Shown: positions 1-11,490, numbered from the whole stretch's first letter. The stretch: 63,949 nt of DNA, filler included, from Dugesia japonica (GCA_001938525.1; 5 parts of 5 records of this genome joined end to end with filler, not necessarily neighbours in it); one strand, 5' to 3'. Numbers and translations are program-made. Notes: a model not told the origin generated them from the sequence alone.

Positions 1-464
1 GTTCTTTTCTAAGACGATTGATATCAAATTCGAAACCATACTATCAAAGTTATCGATATCTTTACCAACCAATTTTTTGAAATTCGACCTTTACTAGGAA
101 TATTTTGAATTTTTCTAATCTAATTCAAAAACGTTTTCTTGCCACAATTCAAACAATTAAATCATCGGCAAACTTATAAATCTCCAGCAAATGAAATCGT
201 AGGTCATTTTGCTAGCGGGAGAGGGAATTGACCTATTGCGCTAGCATCCATTTGCTAATTATTTCAATTTAAAATCAATACAGAACAGTTGGAATATATT
301 TTTATAAATAAATTTTAGTTCGATTATAATAATTATTAAAAAAATATTTCAAAATGCAAATTCGAAAGTAAACGATTAGATAAAGAAATTGAAAGAAGCA
401 AATTGTTGTATTTAATTGAGTCTTGATTTGAAATTAAATAAATAAATTAAATAATAATATTATA

Positions 465-993
465 TCAAAAATGTAAAAAGGTAATAAAATATTTAATGTA
501 AAAATTACTATTTGTGATGATCTTCATTCGTTCAGATGAACTGATATATGCCATTTTATCCCGAATTTNNNNNNNNNNNNNNNNNNNNNNNNNNNNNNNN
601 NNNNNNNNNNNNNNNNNNNNCCAATCATCCTGTAATTCTAAGATATCACATTTATTAAAAACCACATAAAGATTTAAATTCGATTGATTATTTATCAATC
701 TTTGACAAAATCTCTTCATCTGAACATATAATAAATAAATCATAAACAATAAAGAACAAAACTGAATTCCCAATAAGATTTGAAGCATTAACAACCAAAA
801 TGACAACAGCAGCTTTATGGCAGTATTTCAAAGTTTTTTCATCATAACCTTCATCAAAATCAGTTCCTGGAGTATCAAGTATAATATTGTTTGTAAAATA
901 ATCGCTTTCATGAAACTTATAAAATAAATTAACATGACTTCTTCTGTTATTTTCCGATGTAACACTTGTTTTCAATTCTGAAAATGCTTGTCT
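465..993 (-). CDS. Mitofusin/dynamin-like GTPase, partial spliced exons (G3-G4 region)
   Basis: ILDTPG (G3)...VVILVVNASNLIGNS joins via a 43-nt GT-AG intron (762..720) to MKRFCQRL...LYVVFNKCD (G4), then IRDKMAYISSSER after the gap. This matches the mitofusin/Fzo pattern DSPG..VFVLV.N..STL..FF..IFILNNRWD..IFFVSAKE. The P-loop exon was not found. Confidence 0.6.
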
Positions 994-1030
994 CTATTAC
1001 AAAAATAAATTAAACAATTTAATAAATAGT

Positions 1031-1031
<1 letters not shown>

Positions 1032-1096
<65 letters not shown>

Positions 1097-1146
1097 NNNN
1101 NNNNNNNNNNNNNNNNNNNNNNNNNNNNNNNNNNNNNNNNNNNNNN

Positions 1147-1207
<61 letters not shown>
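1032..1207. repeat. (TAA)n microsatellite spanning a gap
   Basis: Directly visible tandem TAA. Confidence 0.95.
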
Positions 1208-1209
<2 letters not shown>

Positions 1210-1428
1210 GAATAAGAATAATTATGATGAGGAAATAATTATTTATTAATTATTATTAGTTATTAATAATCCAATAGAAATGTTTTTTATCTGAATATTA
1301 ATATTGAAATTTTTGTATTTCAATAGTATTTATCTTATGAAACATGTGTTGGAGTAGTAAAATAAATGATGTCTAAAAATATTAATTATGATTTGTAAAA
1401 TGAATTACCAATTGTAGATTTACCGAAC

Positions 1429-2220
1429 ATGGTAACAGCTGTAAATACCGATTCTATTACAGAGAGGTTATTGCCGAAAGTGTTCTGCAGAGGAGATGAT
1501 AATGAGAAATTCATCTAGCAGTGTGAATTGTATTTTGAAGCTAAAAACATCACTCATGTGAAACCACTGGAGACAATAGTCTCTTATTTGTTAGAGGAAG
1601 ATTTGGTGGATGAATATGCAAAGACGCTGAAATAATTTGAACGTTTTCAAGCTCATTTACGTATGGTATGTGATAAAGAGAAATATGTTATCAAATATTT
1701 TCAAAATTTGATTAACAACAGGTTTAGAAATGACGAGATTCAAGTGTTTTTTAAAAATGTAAAAGATTTGGTTGAAAAATTATTTATAAATAAAGATTTT
1801 ACAAAGGAATAAATAGAAGCAAAGATGCTTGTATATTGTTCAGATAATAAAAAAGAAGAGACTTTGAGGAAACGAGAGAATGTAGAATAATTTGAAAAAA
1901 GAATGACGTTACTAGATCAAGTGGAGAAAATCAAAGATTGAGTTGATGCAGTTAGAAGTTACGCTAAAGTTACAAATCGAAATTGTCAGAAACCGCTAAA
2001 TCATATAGTGAATAGACATGTTGAGCAAAGAAAGAAAAAATAAAATTTCGAATGTTAGTTATGTCATAAAATTGATCATACTAAAGCAAATTTTTCGACA
2101 AAAAAGCGGTAGAGTTCTAGAGTTGTCATAAAACAGAACATATAAGTCGAGATTGTCCAAATACAAAACCGACAAAATGTTTAAGTTGTAGAAACGTTTA
2201 ACATATATTCATAATTTGCC
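1429..2220 (+). pseudogene. Degenerate LTR-retrotransposon gag with zinc knuckles
   Basis: MVTAVNTDSITERLLPKVF..FI*QCELYFEAK with multiple stops; decayed CCHC knuckles C*LCHKIDHTKANF and SCHKTEHISRDC. Confidence 0.65.
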
Positions 2221-2375
2221 CCATTTTACCCATATTTTACCCTATTTTACGTTGTTCATCCATATTTTATTCACATTTACCCATATTTTACGCTTAATTA
2301 ACCATATTAAGCTCTATTTACTCATATTTTACCTTGTTTTGTTTCCTTATTTTTTGTAACCTTATTTTACTATAT
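2215..2375. repeat. Degenerate ~11-13 bp minisatellite (TTTTACCCATA-like)
   Basis: Repeated ttttacccata/ttttaccctat/tttactcatat units. Confidence 0.6.
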
Positions 2376-3134
2376 TTTGCCTGATTTTAAATTTTTGAAT
2401 TTTATTTTTTTTGATTCAAGACCGATTCCATTCTTCCTAAAATGAATCAGTACTTATACATGACCTAAAAGACTACTACCAAAAAGTGCTTCGTTTCAGA
2501 AATAAGAATTGTAGCGCATCAGTTCAACCTCTCCCCATATTCGTCGAAGATAAAGGTGGTAGGAAATTAAAATTTAAGCATATATGCAGAATTTAATTCT
2601 AAGAAATTCTGTTATCTCCAAAATCTCAGTTTGTGTGTTTTCAGCATACATATTTCCCTTTGAAGATTTGAAAACAATCTAAATCGGCCATTTTTAAAAA
2701 TGGCTCCAAAAACCTTATACTTAAAAGGTATATAATTTAATTCTCTAAATTTCATCTATCCAATGTTTTTAACAAAAATGGTTGGTTTAAAGAATAATTA
2801 CCGAAAAACGCTTCTTTCATGGTGAAAATTGTGTATAAATGTTTTTTTAATGTAAAACTTGTACTATAAAATGAACATTATCTAAAGGATTAATATTGTA
2901 AATTGTATCAAAACGTTGGAATTGCTTTATTTAAATTTCAGTGGCTTTGCATTTGTATTGCACTTATTTTGCAATTATAAAGTTTAAACAAAGAAATACC
3001 AATCAAAACACGATTGTATTCAAGGTAACACAAATTTTAACTAATTAAATAAATACTTACAAACAATGCATGTAATTACTATCAACACCGAGTATATAAG
3101 CAAAAAACATTTAATAAGTTTTCAGTATTTCAAT

Positions 3135-3835
3135 ATGCAACAAATTATTAGTTTAACACAAGATAATGTCATGTTCATCACTGTGGATTACGGAAAATCT
3201 ACAGAATTTTAGGGAATCCAAATGGAATTCAATCAAGAGACCAATAATATATTCATTTGTTTTACAATTTTTTTTTAAAACTTTTTTTTTGATATGTAAG
3301 TTACTAAAATCTAACTAATTTAAATCAAAATTTAACAAAACATATTGGCACAGAGGTGCAGATGAAGAGCATAGGTTGACGCAATCAAAATTTTGCAACA
3401 TTAAAATGACAATTATAAAGGTATTTGATTCTAATTGGAGAAAGAGATTGAAGCCAAGTGATGTTATCTTAGTAGATGATCTGTATTAGGAGGCAAACAA
3501 AGAAAAAGACTTTAATAATTTATTTACAAAAATAAACAGACATTGTAATGTGACAGTGATATTCATTACTCAAAATTTATTCCATCAAGGTGGAAGTCAT
3601 AGGGTTCTTCTTGGTTCTATTTAAAAACCTTAGAGATAAAACAGTTGTTGATTTTCTGGCAAGACAGGCTTATCCTTATATTAGACAATTTCTTATTGAA
3701 TCATTTCAAGATACAACAATAAATCAGCATGGTTATATTTTTCTCGACTTTACACAACAATGTCCAGACGAACTGAGGGTGAGGACCGATATTTTTAATC
3801 CTGATGGTGTTATTGTGTATAAACAAAGTAAGTAA
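3135..3835 (+). pseudogene. Polinton A32/FtsK-like packaging ATPase
   Basis: Walker B region VILVDDLY*E..F.NLFTK..RHCNVTVIFITQNLF, then FKNLRDK..FLARQ.YP..GYIFLDF.Q..PDELRVRTDIF; stops and frameshifts present. Confidence 0.88.
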
Positions 3836-3850
3836 TTATTATATTTTAAA

Positions 3851-3979
3851 ATGGCGAAATTTAAGAAAATTGTAGTTGATCAGATAAACGGTATTCCTAA
3901 AGGGAAAAATGGTAAAAGAACAAGAAAGCGTATTGTAAAAAATAAAAAAGGTAAAAGAAGAAACAAAGTAAGCAGTTGA
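3851..3979 (+). pseudogene. Small Lys/Arg-rich ORF (putative viral core protein remnant)
   Basis: MAKFKKIVVDQINGIPKGKNGKRTRKRIVKNKKGKRRNKVSS*, located between the ATPase and the PW-like ORF. Confidence 0.4.
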
Positions 3980-4085
3980 ACATTTTTAAGAAACCATTAA
4001 AACTGCATGGTAAGACAATGACAAACGTAAAAAGAAAATTGAAATCATTATAAACAAATACAGGTAAGTTATAGTAAAATGTAAA

Positions 4086-4412
4086 ATGAAAATTCAACGA
4101 AGTATTCCAATTTTTACATCCTTAATTAAATCGCCAAAATCGGCAAGAATACAAATTTTGAAATCATTTCCCACCTTTGTTATGGATGATTTTATCGAAA
4201 TTATTATAAATATTGTTTGCGAAAATTCAAATGTGAGTAACGCTAGAAAGGAGGTATTGAAAAAACATAAAAGAACGCTATTAACACTTGTAAATACAAA
4301 ACATAAGAAATTGATGAGACGAGTAATACGTGATAATCAAAGAGGTGCCAGCACTAGGATTAACTCATTTCAAATAAACAATGGCTGGTTTTTAACTGAA
4401 GTATTAATATAA
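4086..4412 (+). CDS. Polinton conserved small protein (PW/core-protein-like)
   Basis: R..IL....DDFIEIIINIV..N......LKKHK.TL.TL...K...R.VI..NQRG resembles the Maverick ORF that ends in QxGG; C-terminus probably decayed. Confidence 0.65.
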   Translation: MKIQRSIPIFTSLIKSPKSARIQILKSFPTFVMDDFIEIIINIVCENSNVSNARKEVLKKHKRTLLTLVNTKHKKLMRRVIRDNQRGASTRINSFQINNGWFLTEVLI

Positions 4413-4489
4413 ACTCATTTAAAATAACCAATGGGTGATTTACAATATATTACTTAATTTTGATTTCAAATTTTCATCTAATTGTTGTA

Positions 4490-5520
4490 ATGAGCAAGCT
4501 AAAGACGATATGGATGGATGCGAAATAATATCGCAGGTTTTGGTAGCGAAGAAAAATTGATGAAAGCAGCACAAAAAACAAAATCAAAAACCAAAAAGTG
4601 GTTATCGGGTCAACTGGTGTACTGTTTGAACAAACCAATTCCAACAAGAGCATATAAAACGTTTGGTATTGATGATTTATGGCAAATGGATTTGATAAAG
4701 ATGATCCCATATTCATAAATAAATAAAGGATAGAAGTATGTTTTAATATGTATTGATGTATGCAGTAGATTTGCTAGAGCTATTCCGGTAAAATCGATAG
4801 CTTTTAATGATATGGAAGTTGCAATTTAGTCAATATTCAAAGATGGACATGCCGATAATTTGCAACTGGATTTGGGTTAAGAATTTTACAACTTTAAAGT
4901 CAAATCATTTTATCACATTTAAACTTAAACAATTATATTGTATTATCACAGTATAAGGCGGCACATGTAGAGACATTTAATCGCACATTAAGATATGCTT
5001 TAAAAAATACTTTGTGCATACTAATAATAAAATCTGGATAAATGTGTTGTTAAAATTTAATCATAGTTATTATCATTCAAGTCATAAAGTTTTAATTGGA
5101 GCAAGATCGGTTGATGTAAGTTCAAAAATGAACTAAAACTATGGTTATCGCGTAATTAAATTAAAGCAATTAAGAAACCTAAATATAAAGTCGATGAACA
5201 TGTTAGAATCTCAAAAATAAGCGCATCTCCATTCATCAAAAACGTTGATAGTAATTGGAGCGATGAAGTGTTTCAAAAATAAAAATCAATTAACAAATTC
5301 AGGCAATTATGTAATTAAAGATTATGAGAATCATATCATACAAGAAAAATATTATGAGCAAGAATTACAAGTCATTCCACATCTTACTATATATAGATTC
5401 GCAAAAATAATCAAATTGAAAGAAACAAAAATGAATAAACAATATTTTGTAAAATGGCATGGATATCAAAACCCTACTAGGATAATCGTATCACAGTTAG
5501 TTAATAATGACATTGAATAA
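4490..5520 (+). pseudogene. Polinton retroviral-like integrase with C-terminal chromodomain
   Basis: GF.S..KL..WLS.Q.VY.L.KP; IDDLWQMDL; YVLICIDVCSRFARAIPVK; LQLDLG*EFYN; KAAHVETFNRTLR; YYEQELQ; YFVKWHGY; many stops and frameshifts. Confidence 0.92.
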
Positions 5521-5800
5521 TTTCTATACACTTTTACCTATTAATAGCTGTCATCTTATTCATCCGAATAATAATGCTAGTAAATTCATTGAGCTTTAAA
5601 ATCTAATTTATATGGATGGTAGTTGGGAAGTAGCATTGTTGGATTTTACCTTTGTATATCAAACATTTCCATTAAAAAGCAAGTTTAAAATTCAATACAT
5701 GTCTACAAGAAATATATCAAATGAAATAACTGTTACAAAAGATCACAAACAACAAGCCTTAAGTGTAAGTAAAAATAATAATGTTGAAATAGCGATTAGT
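5507..5800 (+). pseudogene. Polinton minor capsid (penton, PX-like) N-terminal fragment
   Basis: NFYTLLPINSCHLIHPNNNASKF..LYMDGSWEVALLDFTF matches the FY.TLPSNS...P.N..S.F...L.G.WEV.L pattern. Confidence 0.75.
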
Positions 5801-7333
5801 GGATATTTAACTAGAAAATGTGAATATCTATATGCTGCTATAATTGGAAATTTTTCAAAATTTTATTGGTTGGTGACTAAAATTTTGCAACAAAATGATT
5901 TTACTGTATTAATTTGGTCACAATTTAAAAAATAATATTTTAAACAAGTAAAAATTAACGAAAAATTTTTGTAAGTTTTTTTATTTATTTTTGATTTATT
6001 TTTTATTCTTATTTTAATTTTAGATAAAATGAATAACGAAAGGAAAATTAATTTAACTTTACGAAAACGATTATATGAAGATCGAAGGTTATTTATAATT
6101 TAAAAGATAACTATTTTAAATTATATTTTTAGGTTATAAACATCGCAAAGGAAAAATATGGAGCAGCTGCTACCGAAAATATGAAGAAAAAAGTAAATTT
6201 ATTATTATTAATATTTGATTGTTATTATTATTTTTATTATTTTAGATTTTTCAACTTTTTAAAAATAAGAAAACTGATCCTGATGATCCTTGCCCATCGA
6301 GAAATGTTGGAAATGCGAGCCGGATAGTACATGCGACGGATAATAGCATTATGATTGTGTTGAATCTGAACTCTATGAAAAGGTTTATGAAAAGTATGTT
6401 TTAATTCATTATATATATTTTTTTATTTTAATATTTTAAATATTTCGAATTATAAGTAAAAATTTTAATTATATGATGAAAGCAGTAAATTTATTTTAAT
6501 TATTAATTCAAATTCATTTGTTTTCTCAAAATCGTTTTTAATAATACCTACTTTATAACCATAAACATTATCTCAACTATGCTTCTACTAAATCATTTCA
6601 TTGAACTGTAAAAACTATTATAAGATTGTTATAAATTCGAATCATAAAGATCATGACACAAATTTGAGAAATGACAAAATTTATTTTAATTACTACTAGA
6701 TCACAATTTTACTATAGTTTTGAATCATAATATTCAGCCAAAATTACAAGTCACTCTATTATTAATAATAATATTTACTAGTTAGATTATAATTATAGTA
6801 ATATTCTATCATATAATAATCTATTGTTCTCTGTATTAATAAATGATTTGTTAAATATTAATCATAATCATAATAGAATATTAAAAATAAATTTAAAAAG
6901 TTTAATTTTATTATTAAAATAACAAATCAAATATATCTCTTAAACAGAAACTTTTAATTAAATTATAATTCTAAAACTTATAGTTTTGATAAAGAAAATT
7001 CTCATAAATTAAAAGTAGAGATTATAAATGTAAATCATTAATCTTAAGCAGTCTTATTGTTTTAATAAGAAAAAAAGGAAAATCCATTTTCAATTTATAT
7101 ATACTTTTATATTTTGATTATTGTTGTATTTATAAATTTATCGACAAGCATAAATTGATTTTAAAATCATAAAATCTTATATCAATTAAATGACTACATA
7201 ATTTGTTGATAAAAATAGTTAATAATAAGCATTTATTAGAATAGCTAGTAAAATTATTTTCAAATACTTAATGAATAAATTTTTATAGATAGCTGCAAGT
7301 TGTATTCAAGGCATTGCTCCAATACAAATCATA

Positions 7334-10300
7334 ATGACGATTGCCATACTATTATGGAACAATATTATTGGGCAATCGTATTATGAGAAAAGGTATTACA
7401 TTTGCACAAAATGTAAAACATTAAGTTTAGAAGACTACATAAGTTTTTATAATAAACATTCGTCACATTTAAGTCAATTTAAAGGATCTAAGAAAAATTT
7501 ATTTAAAAGTATTAAAGANNNNNNNNNNNNNNNNNNNNNNNNNNNNNNATTTAAGCAGGATATATACATCGAATTATCAGATGATGAAGAAATTGTAGAT
7601 GAAGAATGGGAAAAATTCAATCGGATGAATGAAGATTTTTCTGCCGCAGTTGAAGACAATGTCGATCGTGCGTTACTGGAAAAAGATGGCGGTGATTTTC
7701 AGATTGTGGAGAAAACCATTGTGAACGAAGAATGAGAACGATTCAACCAGGTTAATGGAGAAGGTTTCACGAATTTTAAAATTGTTAACGAATTTTATAG
7801 GGAATCGAGTAATGATGAGTTAGTAGATTTGGATGCTATTAAAATCATAGATCAGATGAATAATGAAGCTGTTTTGGTTAGTGGTAGTTTAAATAATGAT
7901 TTATCAGATGTAGAAATAGAAACGGATTTATAAAAATGCCACCAAACACTAAGGATAGACGTAACAAGATGGGGTACAAATGAAATAGTTTTACCTAAAG
8001 TTTTATTAGATAAACTATTTACAATTATTAACGATTTAAAAAAAGTAAAAATAAAATTTGGTATAATGGTGGAATTTATAAAGAAAGATGAGGCAAAAAC
8101 TTGCAGATTGTCGAATCGAGCTGTACCACTCACTAATGACTTTTTTGAAGAAGGAATAAAGAAGCTTAATGAACAAGTATCAATTAGAAGTGAGCTTGGT
8201 TCAAGTTGGATTCTGAAAAACGTTTTGGAAATAAATTTCAAAATAACAAAAGTGACGGACATAAGTAGATTATCTGGTTGTAGTTACATCAAAACCCCTA
8301 TCAGTATACAAAATAAATTTGATATAGTGAACGTCGATAATAAAGATAACAAGTGATTTTTATATAGTGCACATGCTTTTATAAAAAAGAACCAGGTAAA
8401 TGATCATCACATGTATAGAGCATCTCAATATCAGAGATTTATGTCTGACTTAAAGTATGATGAAAAGGACATGCCGATTAAGTGAAAAGATATTCCGAAA
8501 TTTGAAAACTTAAATGCAGGACTATCGATCAACGTTCTATCTTGGAATAATACACCAATTGAAGATGATGATAAAGTTGTAATGAAGCACCCATATCATA
8601 CATAAATCAAAGGATTTTGGCGGTCAACAAATTTATTTGCTACTATTGGAAAATGGTGCCAGTTACCATTATACAGCGGTTTTAAATCTAAATCGAATAA
8701 TGACTAGGGATAAAAAAATTAATGGGGAACAAATAAGATCAATATGGTACCCAAATTGTCTAAACTGATTCAGATTACAAGAAACCTTCGAAAAACATGT
8801 GACCATCTGCGATAAAATTCAAACTGGGACGACACAATATACAATGCCAAAAGACACGAAATTAGAATTCAAAGATTATCAAAAAACAATTAATCCCCCA
8901 TTTGCCATATACGCTGATTTTGAATCAGTGTTGCCGAGCAAAGACAAGTATTTTCAGAAACATTTACCTGTTTCGGCTGGTCTGTTGTTGTTTAATAATT
9001 TTACCAACAAAACTGAAGACAGACAGTTTTTCAGGGATGAGTGTGTATTTGAATTCCTAAAAACAGTGGAAGATATAAGTGAAAATATAGTATTTACATA
9101 CTATAATGAAAATGGAAAAAAGAAAATGATGATTACAAGTTCAGAACAAGTATCATTCAACGCTGCTACAATTTGCTATGGAGAAAACCAGTCAGAGATC
9201 ATGACCATTTTAGTGGTGAGTACAAAGAAGAAGCATGCAACACATGTAATCTGAATATACAAATAAATATACAATTTCCTGTTGTATTTCATAATTTAAG
9301 GTGATATGATTTACATCATTTAATAAAATATGGAATTAATCAACTTCCACAATAGAAAATTTCATACCGACAACAACCGAAACATTTTTATGTTTGATGG
9401 TGCGTTAGGGTAATACAACTATCAGGTTTATTGATAGTTATCAGTTTATCAATTTTTCTCTTGATGCTGCTGTGAATTCTTTAAAAAAGACACCTTTGAC
9501 GAAGAAAGAATTTAATGATGATAGAATACAAATGTCAAAGATGATTTTTCAGTATTATTGCGCAATCAGTTTGCAAGTTCTGGTTGATACAACGAGTATG
9601 CCACCCCGATGAGAAGATATAAGTGAAGAGGATTATAATAAAGCGGTTGAAATGCGGACTATAACAAGTTGCAAGACATTACTGGATTATATGATGCTGT
9701 ATTTGAAACTTAATGTCAAAATCAATAGCACAAAATTAATTGGAACCATTAAATTTCTTTGGCATCCCGGGTATGAGTTGGGAATCAGCACTGATTTCGC
9801 TAAATTAACCAATAGAACTACTTTTAGATAATGACATGTATACGTTCTTTGAAGGAGGAATAAGTGGCGGGCTAACGTTTGTCACTAAGCATCCTGTCAC
9901 CTCTGATCATAAAACGGATTTATTGTATATAGATATTAACAATCTATATGGTTGGACTTTAAGTGAGCAATTGCCCTATGGATAATTAGAGTGGGTATAT
10001 GATGGATTGGATACAATTTTGAAATAATGTGAGACAAGAGACCATGTCTCGTTACCATATGGATACACAATAGAGGTGGACATGGAAATTCCAGCCGATA
10101 TTCAAGATGATTTGAACGATCTCCATGTTGCAGCAGAACATCAAAGCCCTCCAGGATTAAGAGTAAAGAAATAATTACTAACTCATTACCCGAAAAAGAT
10201 ATTTATAATTCATCGGAAGCTGCTGCAGTTATAGATTCAGTTGGGTGTAAAAGTAACAAGTGTACACAGAGGAGTTAGGTTTAAGCAAAGGAATATTTTT

Positions 10301-10450
10301 CAGAAATATCTTGACATAAACACAAAATTGTGATCAGAATGCACAGCAGAGCTGGAGAAAGTTTTTTACAAATTGTAAAACAATAGTTTGTATGGAAAGA
10401 CAGTTGAAAATTTGAAGAAAAGTTTGAATTTACGATTGTGTTTTTAGGCA
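7334..10450 (+). pseudogene. Protein-primed family-B DNA polymerase (lineage A), truncated after motif B
   Basis: GSSW..SGCSYIKTP..IVNVDNKDNK; Exo I IYADFES; RDHDHFSGEY..ACNTCN (endonuclease VII-like insert); PVVFHNL; FIDSYQF; GISGG; motif A YIDINNLYG; motif B YKL*NNSLYGKTVEN; numerous stops. Confidence 0.92.
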
Positions 10451-10511
10451 AAAAATTTAGTATTATTAAAATTATAAATACAACATTTATTTTATGTAAT
10501 ATAATTTATGT

Positions 10512-10536
10512 AGTAGGTAGATAGTGGCGCACTGGA
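10512..10536 (+). repeat. Putative Polinton terminus (AGTAGGTAGATAGTGGCGCACTGGA)
   Basis: 21/25 identical to the reverse complement of 11661-11685; related copies at 23819, 40695 and 49171; Polinton ends typically begin with AG/AGT. Confidence 0.6.
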
Positions 10537-10564
10537 TCACCCCTCGGCTACTTAGACAAAGAAC

Positions 10565-10754
10565 ATGAGTCATCGTGATGTGTCATCGGTTGATAGCACA
10601 AAGACAATGACTCATCGCGATGAGCCATCGTAGACTAAGACAAAGAGTATGACTCATAAATATGATTCATAACGATGAGTCATCGTTTCTGGATCAGTAT
10701 GACTCATCAGTTTTCTAGACCGGGTAAGGAAAAACTTTCTAGATCATGACTCAT
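10565..10754. promoter_or_regulatory. Cluster of AP-1/GCN4-type ATGA(C/G)TCAT sites
   Basis: Perfect 9-mers at 10565, 10607, 10649, 10675, 10699, 10746; one-mismatch copies at 10578, 10620, 10662. Function is inferred. Confidence 0.55.
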
Positions 10755-11091
10755 ACTTTTTCTAGATCATAAGTTATATTTTCTAAATCAATCATTTTTT
10801 AATATTTAATTTATAAAAATAAGTTACCATTAGCTTCAAAATATTTTTCCTCGTCATCTACGGTTGTAGCCCATTCTTTCCATCATATTCTAAAATTGGC
10901 TCAAAATTTTCATTTTGATGATTGTCTTCATTTTGTACATTTTCTTGATTTTGATTATTCTCTTCATTTTGTCCATTTTCTTCATTTTGATGAAAGCATT
11001 CAACATCTATTAATTTCTTTATTAGTTTGAAACACATTTGGAAAAACNNNNNNNNNNNNNNNNNNNNNNNNNNNNNNNNNNNNNNNNNNNN

Positions 11092-11103
11092 TTAATTAAT
11101 TAA
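11092..11103. other. Artificial scaffold linker TTAATTAATTAA within a 100-nt N spacer (also 24217, 40330, 55777)
   Basis: Identical 12-mer with stops in all six frames, centred between N runs, four times. Confidence 0.95.
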
Positions 11104-11147
11104 NNNNNNNNNNNNNNNNNNNNNNNNNNNNNNNNNNNNNNNNNNNN

Positions 11148-11235
11148 TAAATATAGAGACTCCCTCCATCTCATGCAAAATATAGAGACTCCTACCATCT
11201 CATGCTAAATATAGAGACTTCTCTCGTCCCTTGTG
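11148..11235. repeat. 29-bp tandem repeat x3 (TAAATATAGAGACTCCCTCCATCTCATGC)
   Basis: Units start at 11148, 11177 and 11206; the array runs into the gap. Confidence 0.85.
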
Positions 11236-11310
11236 TAATAAATTAATTAAATTAAATTAAATTAAATTTAATTATATTAAAAAAAATTCTCCCGATTGAA
11301 ATGAAAAAAA

Positions 11311-11425
11311 TTTCCAACCAAAAAATTACTTTTAATTTTCCCGCCAAAAATATTTTTTTGAATTTCCCACCAAAAAGATTTTTTTGAATTTCCCGCCAAA
11401 AAAAAATTAAATTTACCGCTAAAAA
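11311..11425. promoter_or_regulatory. 26-bp-period array of E2F (TTTCCCGCC) + CHR (TTTGAA) composite sites
   Basis: E2F-like cores at 11311, 11337, 11363, 11389 and 11412; 11383-11397 reads GGCGG-GAAA-TTCAAA on the minus strand. Function is inferred. Confidence 0.55.
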
Positions 11426-11490
11426 ATTTTTGAAAAAAAAATTTTAAAAAAAAAAGTAAAAAAAGAAAAAAAAGATAAAGAATAAAAAAA

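Larger units (their letters stand above)
3135..10450 (+). mobile_element. Decayed Polinton/Maverick (adintovirus-like) element, lineage A
   Basis: Co-oriented remnants of packaging ATPase, basic ORF, PW-like ORF, integrase with chromodomain, minor capsid N-terminus and protein-primed PolB. Confidence 0.9.

Noticed and set aside
5822-5855. AAIIGNF peptide resembling AAIIGNS in the adenylate cyclase C1 domain
   Set aside because: Six-residue match without flanking similarity; likely chance
11048-11147. TTAATTAATTAA palindrome repeated four times in the window
   Set aside because: Always centred in a 100-nt N spacer; an assembly linker with six-frame stops, not biology
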